Below, piece by piece: positions 51,956 to 64,000 of a stretch of DNA of 64,000 nt (position 1 is its first letter; every line of letters begins with the position of its first letter). The notes under the pieces are model-generated. The model worked only from the letters and a program-made list of their open reading frames with translations, made no database searches and was not told the DNA's origin. The DNA is from Eledone cirrhosa (Eukaryota): positions 46,934,001 through 46,998,000 of the forward strand of contig OZ024753.1 of assembly GCA_964016885.1 (NCBI GenBank), given 5' to 3'. Made by a program: the position numbers and the translations under genes.

Positions 51956-52504
51956 AAAGACAAATCCACCTCATGGACGAGAATGCAAGGGCTCCTCCTC
52001 TTTGTTTCGGCCGCGGATGGCTAACCCTAACCCCATCCCCGCTCCCCACCGCTCCCAACCTCCAAACGCAATCCAAAACTTCAGAGTTGGTACCATTAAT
52101 GTAGGCACCTTATAGGGTGGCTCTAACGAGGTTGTAGAAATGCTTGAACGTAAGGAGGTCGATGTTTGTTGTATTCAAGAGACCAGGTGGAGGGGTGGGT
52201 CTGCTAGATTCATCGTGGGTAAAGAACGATGCTATAAGCTTTTCTGTGTGGCAAATGACAATGGGCTGGGTATACACATACCACCCCACCATCCCACCGC
52301 AAAGTGGTCGTGGAGGCGCCGCGGCAAAAAAGCACCCAGCCCACACTGTAAAGCTGACGTGGAGGTGCCACGGAAAAAAAAAAGCACCCAGCACTCACTG
52401 CAAACGGGGTTGGCGTCAGGAAGGGCACCCAGCTGTGGAAACCAATCCAGAATCAGCTCCCACCCCACCCTTGCAAGCATGGAAAAGCGGACGTATGATG
52501 AAGT

Positions 52505-52506
<2 letters not shown>
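51956..52506 (+). mobile_element. Internally deleted RTE element
   Basis: Copy of 12615-13165. Confidence 0.82.
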
Positions 52507-52547
<41 letters not shown>

Positions 52548-53114
52548 TATATATATACACATATATATATACACACATATATATCAGTGTACATATATAT
52601 ATACATATATATATATATATAAATGAATATTTATTCAATTTAAAGCGCCAATTATCTATATATAACAAGATATGAATTTTTCTAGGGATGGGGGAAATTT
52701 TCAGTTTGTTTTTATATTTTCACTTCATTTTTTACTTTCTATTTAATACAGTCTTTGATCCAATATAATCCTGACAGTATTTGAACCAGTTTACCTCATA
52801 TATATGTATGCACACACAACACTCAAGTTTCGCCATCTACTGCTATTTCATTCATATTTATTGTTTAATTAACTCTGGTCTAATTCATCAACTATTGTTA
52901 ATTATATTATTACGTAGATTTCTTATAAAATCTAGTGCATATATACGTGTATATATACAGGGAGACACTGTAATAGATGTAAAGAGAGTGGGAGATAGAG
53001 TTATAGAAGTAAAGAGAGGGGGAGAAATAAGCGGTAGATAGAGTAATAGATGTAAAGAGAGGGTTAGAACGTTCAACTTGACAGTCAGTACAATGTTCAG
53101 CATGGTAGCCAGTA

Positions 53115-53186
53115 CATATGCCAACTACCCAACCGGCCAGCCAGCCGCATATGCGGTTGACTGGCCAGTTGGGCGGTTGGTATGTG
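53115..53186. repeat. 72-bp palindrome
   Basis: Copy of 13774-13845. Confidence 0.9.
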
Positions 53187-53317
53187 GAACGTTCAACTAC
53201 GCAGTCAGTACCAAAGTTCAACATTGTAGCCAGTGCATATGCCGATCGCCGCGCCCTCTTTGCTCTATTTTAATGACCTGGAACTAAGTAAAAAGAGTAG
53301 GAGATAACTCGACAAGA

Positions 53318-53402
53318 GCGGAGAGGGTGAGATTCGAACCATGCAAAGTCGTTGGCTCCTGAAGTTCGTAAGCGGGGCTGCTACTGACTGAGCAGCGCCG
53401 GC
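53318..53402 (-). ncRNA. tRNA-like Pol III-type element, S2 variant
   Basis: Copy of 25805-25889. Confidence 0.45.
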
Positions 53403-54180
53403 AGCAAGGCAAATCGCGCATAAAATAACGCTTATATCGACAAAAAAAAAAAAAAAATTTCAATGTTGCACTCTTGTTTGTTGTTCTTTTATTTTACGTA
53501 AACATTTCGCTGCTCTAGCCTCTTATTTCCTATTAGATTACACTTAATTCCATTAAACATTCATTCTTAGTCTCGTGGTAAACTATTTCATCTATATTTA
53601 TATCGCTGTTACAGCCTTTTATTTCTACATCTATCACCTATAGCCACTGTTACGCCGGTAGTATAAGTAGCTTTATAACAAGAAACGATGATATAACTCC
53701 ACAAAATGTCTTCTTGAGCAAGACACTTCACTTCATATTGCTCCAGTACACCGAGTTACACATAGACAGATACATACATACATACACAGATAGAAATGAG
53801 AGGTAGATAGAGTAAAAGATTTAAAGAGAGTGTGAGAAGTACGAGTTAGATAGTGTAAAAGATTTAAAGAGAGGGTGAGAGTGTGACACACATTTATCTG
53901 TCTATCTCTCTCTATTTTAACACCGGTCGTTATAATTAGTTTTATAACACCGCTATATTACCGACATGAAAGAGGTAAATAATTATTTCTTAAATGTTTA
54001 GAACATGTTTCTCTTGTCTTCTTAAATGTATAGAACATGTTTCTTATTTATATTCTTAACATAGCTAGGACCTTATCTCATTTACTGGTCTCTACTTTTA
54101 GGACTTTGCTGGTCCCATGTGCCCTCCATGAAGACACACTCGCCCCTTCTCTCTCAGTCTCCGTACTAATTACTACACAT

Positions 54181-56381
54181 ACGTATATATATTTATTTTA
54201 AGAAACCTTAATGACAAATAATATAAAGTGTTTGTAAAGTGGGGAAGAGTAGTTTTACGGTGGGGTTGTTATATAGATATCGTTTTTGCAGTGGGGTCGT
54301 GACTGGCGTATAATAATGAGTCACTGTTGATGTATATACAAATCATGTTTTGGATATAAGTGAAGTTATTTAAGAGATTTAGTTGTTTTGTATACATTCA
54401 TAACGGTACGCGATGGGACCCACCCACAGCCCCGGCGGACAGAATGGAGAAGGCGTTTCCCCGGAGCACGGCAAGGGAGACGCGCTGGAAAAGCCACTCC
54501 AACTCGCGGGGCTCACACCTGCGGCTGGCCAGCTCAGCGCCTATGGTGGTGAGTAAGGAGGTAGCCCTGGGGCCGAGGACACCAGAAGTCTCCACTTCCA
54601 GGGGTACGACCGCAAACCTGTCGGAGAGTGAACGATATGTGAGGAGTTTGGCCCCCTCAGCCTGACGTGCAGCAGAACCTGGGCCAGTCGCAGACTGCAC
54701 CAGGTTGCGGCTGCAGAAAGTGTCGGTGCAAGTGGCATCCCAGACGAGGGGTTTGCCACCGCGGAACGGGAAGATGGTCATGCCATCTAGCCTTTTGCCG
54801 TCCCCTCGAGCTGGGAAGGGAAGCCTGCAGCGTCCAAGCCATGCTTAATGACTTCGTTGAGGGCAGCATGGCGTGGATTGCGGGTGGAGGCCGAAAGAGT
54901 CCATGGTGGAACGGCAGCGACATTGGTGTGAGGCCGAGCCTCAGGGAAACGCCGATGCGCAAGCTATTGTTGTCTAGCTGCGTGCGAGTGGAGAAGGAGG
55001 GCAGGGCATGGAGCCAGGCCCCACTGTGGGGTTTGGAGGCTGCACGAAAACAAACAAGGCGGTGCTGGTCGAGCTGGCACGTGAGCCTGTCTGAGGCCAG
55101 GCTGCACTGGATGGCATCCCAAGTGTGTTGGGCGGGACTTGACGTCAACAGGGGGAGAAGGAGGAGGAACGTCTACTGGGCTAAGTCCCAGCCGGTGCCA
55201 CGTCTCACAGGCGGCCAGGCGTTCTCTGAACACAGAGGGTTCTGTTGTGTTTTGAAGAACCCTGCTGAAGAGGACGTGGTACGAGGTTACCGACGAAAGA
55301 TATGCCGGCAAAGCTAGTGAGATCGGGGACTGGAGGCGAAGGCCGCCATACCTGACAGGTAAAGTTGCATATCTCATCGGCTGCTGCTCGGATACAAGTT
55401 TAGGTGTAGCACAGAGTGTATAGAGGAGCTTCGGCATGGCGTAGCAGTTCCTCAGCAGAAAGAGAACTGGGTGGCCATCAATCAAGCCCAGTCGGCTCGT
55501 GAGAGTCTGGACTTGATGGAGGAGCGGATGGCCGGCGGGTGGATCGGTGAGGGCATCCTCTTTGGGGGGTCACCTGAACCTGGCGGAGAATGGACCGCAC
55601 GTCCAAGACGGAGACTGCAAAGCTTGCAGCATCGAGGCTGACATTCACCACCTCCGACTTGGCTGAGTTGACCTGGAGGTCGATTCCCGCCAGGGCAGGA
55701 ACCACCGATTGAAGGTCATGGCAGACCGCCTGTACGGGCCCACCCAAAGTAGCATCATCCAGATACCAAACGTTGAGAGGGGCCGTTATACTCCAGGCGA
55801 TGTGGTCAATACCAAGGGTGAACAGGAGGGGTCCCAAAGGGTTGCCCTGTTGGATCCCAGTAGCCAAGGGTATGACCGTATCAGCAGCATGGCGCATGCT
55901 TGGGGCTCCATATGACAGGTAGGCAGAGGGGGCTCGGCTGAGGCAGGCCTCGAGCAGATGATCCCAGCGTAAAGAGTTGAAGGCATTCCTCATGTCAAAC
56001 TTGACAATGAGGTGGCTGGAGGCCCTGGATGCCGGTTCCGAGTGTTACGGACTTGCAGATTACCTTGGCAGCCAGCCTCCGGAAGACATTGCCCACAGCA
56101 ATGGGGCGTATGCCATCCTCTTTCTTCCTGAGAGCGGTGAGGCTGGCCGAAAAAAAGAGGCCTCGAGCATAAGAGTCCAGGGCGCCATGGATGAGCCTAT
56201 TGGTGAGCGCCACAATTGCACTCAGAAGGCGGCGCCCGGCCTCAGCGGAGAGGGGAGATATCAACTCCTTGAGGAGGCCTGGTCAGAGACCATCAACATC
56301 TCCGCAGCTGCTAGCTGGGAAGGACCTGATGGCGGACATGATGTCTGCATCAGAAGCCACAAGGAGCAAGTGTGGATTACA
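54181..56381 (-). mobile_element. CRE-clade retrotransposon remnant, copy 9
   Basis: Same ORF fragments. Confidence 0.88.
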
Positions 56382-57021
56382 ATACAAAACCTCTGAGAAT
56401 GATTTCTAAGATATTTCACCATAATTAATTTTCATCAATATATATTAATATTATTATTGTTTATTAGGTCAGGTGGATTGGCCAGAACAATTCTACTCTT
56501 CTTTTTTAGATGTCACGATTTTTCATGGCATTCCTGAGATCATTAATCTCCAGCTGGAGATCCAGAGACATCTGATGTATGTAGGTGAACCTCAGTCATC
56601 CCACTTGGCTCTTACTATGTTTAGGTATCCACCACAGGAGCCAGCTCATCAGGTCATCCTACCCTCAGCAGCAATGTCCAGCATCTATTGATTTCCGCTC
56701 CCTAGTTATTGTGGTAATCTTCGATATCTGGGAATATATTTCTTCTGCTTAAGGGAGTAATAAATATATAGTTTAAAAAAAAACATATATATACACACAC
56801 ATATATATATGTTGTCATTTATAAGAGTTCTCTATCAAAAGCCTTCTCTATGTCCAAAGCTAAGTATAGTGGCTTATTTTTCTCTAAGAACCTCTTTTGT
56901 AGTTGTCTCACTAAGAAGAGGGCATCTGTTGCACTTTTCAGCGGCACAAAACCAAACTGCATCTCATACACATACATACATATACATACATACATACATA
57001 CATATACACATACATACATAC

Positions 57022-57375
57022 ATCATCATCATCATCATCATCATCATTTCGTTTTAAGTCCGCTTTTTCCCTGCTTGTAAGGGTGGGACGGGAACTGATT
57101 CTGGCTTGATTTCTAGAGCTGGATGCCCTTCCTAACACCAACCTCATTTACAGTGAGTGCTGAGTGCTTTTTTGCCGTGGCACCTCCACGACCACTTTGC
57201 AGTGGAATGATATGGACCCCAGTCCCTATCATCTCATTTCTACAGCTGAGTAAACTGGAGCAATGTGAAATAAAGTGTCTTGCTCAAGGAAACAACACAT
57301 CACCCGGTCTGAGAATTGAACTCACAACTTTTCAATTGCCAGGCCAATGCTCGAACCACTAAGCCATGTGCCTCC
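57022..57375 (-). mobile_element. tRNA-derived CORE-type SINE
   Basis: Copy of 11776-12129. Confidence 0.85.
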
Positions 57376-57884
57376 ATATACATATACATATACATATACA
57401 TACACATACATATACATACATATATATATACATACATACATATATACACATACATACATACACATACATACACATATACATACATATACATACATAGATA
57501 TATATATATACATAATATAAATATACATACATACACATACATAAGCATATACACATAAGTATATATACATATACACACGTGTATATACATATACATACAT
57601 ACATATATACACATACATACATATATACATACATACACACATATATACATATACACATACATACATATACATACATATACACATACATACATATATATAT
57701 ATACATACACACACATATATACATACACACACATATATACATACACACACATATATACAAACACATACATATACACATATATACACATACATACACATAC
57801 ATATACATACATATACACATATACACTCATATATACATATACATACATACACACACATACATACATATATACATATACATACAT

Positions 57885-58433
57885 AAAGACAAATCCACCT
57901 CATGGACGAGAATGCAAGGGCTCCTCCTCTTTGTTTCGGCCGCGGATGGCTAACCCTAACCCCATCCCCGCTCCCCACCGCTCCCAACCTCCAAACGCAA
58001 TCCAAAACTTCAGAGTTGGTACCATTAATGTAGGCACCTTATAGGGTGGCTCTAACGAGGTTGTAGAAATGCTTGAACGTAAGGAGGTCGATGTTTGTTG
58101 TATTCAAGAGACCAGGTGGAGGGGTGGGTCTGCTAGATTCATCGTGGGTAAAGAACGATGCTATAAGCTTTTCTGTGTGGCAAATGACAATGGGCTGGGT
58201 ATACACATACCACCCCACCATCCCACCGCAAAGTGGTCGTGGAGGCGCCGCGGCAAAAAAGCACCCAGCCCACACTGTAAAGCTGACGTGGAGGTGCCAC
58301 GGAAAAAAAAAAGCACCCAGCACTCACTGCAAACGGGGTTGGCGTCAGGAAGGGCACCCAGCTGTGGAAACCAATCCAGAATCAGCTCCCACCCCACCCT
58401 TGCAAGCATGGAAAAGCGGACGTATGATGAAGT

Positions 58434-58435
<2 letters not shown>
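57885..58435 (+). mobile_element. Internally deleted RTE element
   Basis: Copy of 12615-13165. Confidence 0.82.
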
Positions 58436-58476
<41 letters not shown>

Positions 58477-59043
58477 TATATATATACACATATATATATA
58501 CACACATATATATCAGTGTACATATATATATACATATATATATATATATAAATGAATATTTATTCAATTTAAAGCGCCAATTATCTATATATAACAAGAT
58601 ATGAATTTTTCTAGGGATGGGGGAAATTTTCAGTTTGTTTTTATATTTTCACTTCATTTTTTACTTTCTATTTAATACAGTCTTTGATCCAATATAATCC
58701 TGACAGTATTTGAACCAGTTTACCTCATATATATGTATGCACACACAACACTCAAGTTTCGCCATCTACTGCTATTTCATTCATATTTATTGTTTAATTA
58801 ACTCTGGTCTAATTCATCAACTATTGTTAATTATATTATTACGTAGATTTCTTATAAAATCTAGTGCATATATACGTGTATATATACAGGGAGACACTGT
58901 AATAGATGTAAAGAGAGTGGGAGATAGAGTTATAGAAGTAAAGAGAGGGGGAGAAATAAGCGGTAGATAGAGTAATAGATGTAAAGAGAGGGTTAGAACG
59001 TTCAACTTGACAGTCAGTACAATGTTCAGCATGGTAGCCAGTA

Positions 59044-59115
59044 CATATGCCAACTACCCAACCGGCCAGCCAGCCGCATATGCGGTTGACTGGCCAGTTG
59101 GGCGGTTGGTATGTG
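59044..59115. repeat. 72-bp palindrome
   Basis: Copy of 13774-13845. Confidence 0.9.
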
Positions 59116-59246
59116 GAACGTTCAACTACGCAGTCAGTACCAAAGTTCAACATTGTAGCCAGTGCATATGCCGATCGCCGCGCCCTCTTTGCTCTATTTT
59201 AATGACCTGGAACTAAGTAAAAAGAGTAGGAGATAACTCGACAAGA

Positions 59247-59331
59247 GCGGAGAGGGTGAGATTCGAACCATGCAAAGTCGTTGGCTCCTGAAGTTCGTAA
59301 GCGGGGCTGCTACTGACTGAGCAGCGCCGGC
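59247..59331 (-). ncRNA. tRNA-like Pol III-type element, S2 variant
   Basis: Copy of 25805-25889. Confidence 0.45.
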
Positions 59332-60109
59332 AGCAAGGCAAATCGCGCATAAAATAACGCTTATATCGACAAAAAAAAAAAAAAAATTTCAATGTTGCAC
59401 TCTTGTTTGTTGTTCTTTTATTTTACGTAAACATTTCGCTGCTCTAGCCTCTTATTTCCTATTAGATTACACTTAATTCCATTAAACATTCATTCTTAGT
59501 CTCGTGGTAAACTATTTCATCTATATTTATATCGCTGTTACAGCCTTTTATTTCTACATCTATCACCTATAGCCACTGTTACGCCGGTAGTATAAGTAGC
59601 TTTATAACAAGAAACGATGATATAACTCCACAAAATGTCTTCTTGAGCAAGACACTTCACTTCATATTGCTCCAGTACACCGAGTTACACATAGACAGAT
59701 ACATACATACATACACAGATAGAAATGAGAGGTAGATAGAGTAAAAGATTTAAAGAGAGTGTGAGAAGTACGAGTTAGATAGTGTAAAAGATTTAAAGAG
59801 AGGGTGAGAGTGTGACACACATTTATCTGTCTATCTCTCTCTATTTTAACACCGGTCGTTATAATTAGTTTTATAACACCGCTATATTACCGACATGAAA
59901 GAGGTAAATAATTATTTCTTAAATGTTTAGAACATGTTTCTCTTGTCTTCTTAAATGTATAGAACATGTTTCTTATTTATATTCTTAACATAGCTAGGAC
60001 CTTATCTCATTTACTGGTCTCTACTTTTAGGGCTTTGCTGGTCCCATGTGCCCTCCATGAAGACACACTCGCCCCTTCTCTCTCAGTCTCCGTACTAATT
60101 ACTACACAT

Positions 60110-62309
60110 ACGTATATATATTTATTTTAAGAAACCTTAATGACAAATAATATAAAGTGTTTGTAAAGTGGGGAAGAGTAGTTTTACGGTGGGGTTGTTA
60201 TATAGATATCGTTTTTGCAGTGGGGTCGTGACTGGCGTATAATAATGAGTCACTGTTGATGTATATACAAATCATGTTTTGGATATAAGTGAAGTTATTT
60301 AAGAGATTTAGTTGTTTTGTATACATTCATAACGGTACGCGATGGGACCCACCCACAGCCCCGGCGGACAGAATGGAGAAGGCGTTTCCCCGGAGCACGG
60401 CAAGGGAGACGCGCTGGAAAAGCCACTCCAACTCGCGGGGCTCACACCTGCGGCTGGCCAGCTCAGCGCCTATGGTGGTGAGTAAGGAGGTAGCCCTGGG
60501 GCCGAGGACACCAGAAGTCTCCACTTCCAGGGGTACGACCGCAAACCTGTCGGAGAGTGAACGATATGTGAGGAGTTTGGCCCCCTCAGCCTGACGTGCA
60601 GCAGAACCTGGGCCAGTCGCAGACTGCACCAGGTTGCGGCTGCAGAAAGTGTCGGTGCAAGTGGCATCCCAGACGAGGGGTTTGCCACCGCGGAACGGGA
60701 AGATGGTCATGCCATCTAGCCTTTTGCCGTCCCCTCGAGCTGGGAAGGGAAGCCTGCAGCGTCCAAGCCATGCTTAATGACTTCGTTGAGGGCAGCATGG
60801 CGTGGATTGCGGGTGGAGGCCGAAAGAGTCCATGGTGGAACGGCAGCGACATTGGTGTGAGGCCGAGCCTCAGGGAAACGCCGATGCGCAAGCTATTGTT
60901 GTCTAGCTGCGTGCGAGTGGAGAAGGAGGGCAGGGCATGGAGCCAGGCCCCACTGTGGGGTTTGGAGGCTGCACGAAAACAAACAAGGCGGTGCTGGTCG
61001 AGCTGGCGCGTGAGCCTGTCTGAGGCCAGGCTGCACTGGATGGCATCCCAAGTGTGTTGGGGGGGACTTGACGTCAACAGGGGGAGAAGGAGGAGGAACG
61101 TCTACTGGGCTAAGTCCCAGCCGGTCCCACGTCTCACAGGCGGCCACGCGTTCTCTGAACACAGAGGGTTCTGTTGTGTTTTGAAGAACCCTGCTGAGGA
61201 GGACGTGGTACGAGGTTACTGACGAAAGATATGCCGGCAAAGCTAGTGAGATCGGGGACTGGAGGCGAAGGCCGCCATACCTGACAGGTAAAGTTGCATA
61301 TCTCATCGGCTGCTGCTCGGATACAAGTTTAGGTGTAGCACAGCGTGTATAGAGGAGCTTCGGCATGGCGTAGCAGTTCCTCAGCAGAAAGAGAACTGGG
61401 TGGGCATCAATCAAGCCCAGTCGGCTCGTGAGAGTCTGGACTTGATGGAGGAGCGGATGGCCGGCGGGTGGATCGGTGAGGGCATCCTCTTTGGGGGTCA
61501 CCTGAACCTGGCGGAGAATGGACCGCACGTCCAAGACGGAGACTGCAAAGCTTGCAGCATCGAGGCTGACATTCACCACCTCCGACTTGGCTGAGTTGAC
61601 CTGGAGGTCGATTCCCGCCAGGGCAGGAACCACCGATTGAAGGTCATGGCAGACCGCCTGTACGGGCCCACCCAAAGTAGCATCATCCAGATACCAAACG
61701 TTGAGAGGGGCTGTTATACTCCAGGCGATGTGGTCAATACCAAGGGTGAACAGGAGGGGTCCCAAAGGGTTGCCCTGTTGGATCCCAGTAGCCAAGGGTA
61801 TGACCGTATCAGCAGCATGGCGCATGCTTGGGGCTCCATATGACAGGTAGGCAGAGGGGGCTCGGCTGAGGCAGGCCTCGAGCAGATGATCCCAGCGTAA
61901 AGAGTTGAAGGCATTCCTCATGTCAAACTTGACAATGAGGTGGCTGGAGGCCCTGGATGCCGGTTCCGAGTGTTACGGACTTGCAGATTACCTTGGCAGC
62001 CAGCCTCCGGAAGACATTGCCCACAGCAATGGGGCGTATGCCATCCTCTTTCTTCCTGCGAGCGGTGAGGCTGGCCGAAAAAAAGAGGCCTCGAGCATAA
62101 GAGTCCAGGGCGCCATGGATGAGCCTATTGGTGAGCGCCACAATTGCACTCAGAAGGCCGCGCCCGGCCTCAGCGGAGAGGGGAGATATCAACTCCTTGA
62201 GGAGGCCTGGTCAGAGACCATCAACATCTCCGCAGCTGCTAGCTGGGAAGGACCTGATGGCGGACATGATGTCTGCATCAGAAGCCACAAGGAGCAAGTG
62301 TGGATTACA
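60110..62309 (-). mobile_element. CRE-clade retrotransposon remnant, copy 10 (most divergent; RT frame 60893-61921 open for 342 aa)
   Basis: G5 instead of G6 near 61495 joins two ORFs that are split in all other copies; several private SNPs. Confidence 0.88.
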
Positions 62310-62873
62310 ATACAAAACCTCTGAGAATGATTTCTAAGATATTTCACCATAATTAATTTTCATCAATATATATTAATATTATTATTGTTTATTAGGTCAG
62401 GTGGATTGGCCAGAACAATTCTACTCTTCTTTTTTAGATGTCACGATTTTTCATGGCATTCCTGAGATCATTAATCTCCAGCTGGAGATCCAGAGACATC
62501 TGATGTATGTAGGTGAACCTCAGTCATCCCACTTGGCTCTTACTATGTTTAGGTATCCACCACAGGAGCCAGCTCATCAGGTCATCCTACCCTCAGCAGC
62601 AATGTCCAGCATCTATTGATTTCCGCTCCCTAGTTATTGTGGTAATCTTCGATATCTGGGAATATATTTCTTCTGCTTAAGGGAGTAATAAATATATAGT
62701 TTTAAAAAAAACATATATATACACACACATATATATATGTTGTCATTTATAAGAGTTCTCTATCAAAAGCCTTCTCTATGTCCAAAGCTAAGTATAGTGG
62801 CTTATTTTTCTCTAAGAACCTCTTTTGTAGTTGTCTCACTAAGAAGAGGGCATCTGTTGCACTTTTCAGCGGC

Positions 62874-64000
62874 TTAATTAATTAATGAGGTTTAATTAAT
62901 GAGGAATTTTGAGGTATTTATAACAATTATTAATTATTTCATTACTGAGATATCATTTGAAGGACTTACTAATGTTTTTATTTATTAATTATTTTATTAG
63001 TAACTTAACATGTGGTTCTTGTATAAAATTATGTTGGAAGATTTTAGGAAGATGCTATGTAGCCGGTCGCGGTAAAATAGACGCCCAGGCTATGTAGCCG
63101 GTAAGAGTGTCAGACTCCATGTGTTGCGGCCCTTTATGGTCTGAGTTAAGACAATTTAAAATCTTTTCCACCATCAATTGTTAAAAAACAAGTTAAAATC
63201 ATTTTGTCGTCCATTTGTAACGTACGTTACACTTTAGTTACATACACATATACTATGTTACATACACACATCTACTGTGTTACATACACACACATCAACT
63301 GGGTTATATACACACACATCTACTGCGTTACATACACATCTACTGTGTTACACACACATCTACTGTGTTACATACACACACATCTACTGAGTTACATACA
63401 CACACATCTACTGTGTTACATACACACACATCTTCTGTGTTACATACACACATCTACTGTGTTACATACACACACCTGTGTTACATACACACACATCTAC
63501 TGAGTTACATACACACAGATCTACTGTGTTACATACACACACATCTACTGTGTTACACACATCTTCTATGTTACATACACACAATCTACTGTGTTACATA
63601 CACACATCTACTGAGTTACATACACACACATCTACTGAGTTACATACACACACATGTACTGTGTTACATACACACATCTACTGTGTTACATACATACACA
63701 TCTACTGTGTTACATACATACACATCTACTGTTACATACACACATCTACCGTGTTACACACACACATCTACCGTGTTACACACACACATCTACCGTGTTA
63801 CACACACACACATCTACCGTGTTACACACACACATCTACTGAGTTACATACACATATACTGAGTTACATGCAAACACACATCTACTCTGTTACATATACA
63901 CATCTACTGTGTTACATACACATCTACTGTGATACACACACACACATCTACTCATACATATTCATAAATAGACACACATTATACAAATAATTATTACATA
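62874..64000. repeat. Start of a third L-specific block, including the minisatellite at about 63236-64000; cut by the window end
   Basis: Same junction cagcggc|ttaattaa and same downstream sequence as 1935 onward. Confidence 0.92.

Larger units (their letters stand above)
1..64000. repeat. Macrosatellite tandem array of ~5.9-kb (S) and ~9.75-kb (L) units with higher-order structure; runs off both window ends
   Basis: The same ORF recurs at 9114, 15019, 20924, 26847, 36595, 42502, 48431, 54360 and 60289 (periods 5905, 5905, 5923, 9748, 5907, 5929, 5929, 5929). First period is 9765 (ORF 467 vs 10232). Confidence 0.98.

Noticed and set aside
1-64000. CRISPR array, retron or DGR-type RT system
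   Set aside because: No repeat-spacer structure with unique spacers; the RTs are eukaryotic non-LTR types and all are disrupted

Overview
Eukaryotic, AT- and microsatellite-rich DNA. The SINE and RTE types suggest an octopus or other cephalopod (inference). No intact host gene is present. The whole window is one head-to-tail macrosatellite made of dead retrotransposon pieces, with a short unit S (5905-5929 bp) and a long unit L (9748-9765 bp) in the order L-S1-S1-S2-L-S1-S2-S2-S2-L(partial). Every complete unit shares a ~4.8-kb core: an RTE-LINE endonuclease/3'-tail piece, a 72-bp GC-rich palindrome between ~56-bp direct repeats, an ~85-108-nt tRNA-like Pol III-type element (minus strand), a 5'-truncated, frameshifted CRE-clade (RT + restriction-like endonuclease) non-LTR retrotransposon (minus strand), and small RTE fragments. 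S units add a tRNA-headed CORE-type SINE and a CA/TA microsatellite. L units instead carry a 5-kb block with a minisatellite, a 5'-truncated RTE LINE (RT with an embedded PHD-like finger) and a ~680-bp foldback with Pol III boxes. The best candidate for a functional payload is the palindrome plus Pol III-like RNA cassette, present 9 times. Most ORFs in the track are shadow or microsatellite ORFs. TE edges are approximate.
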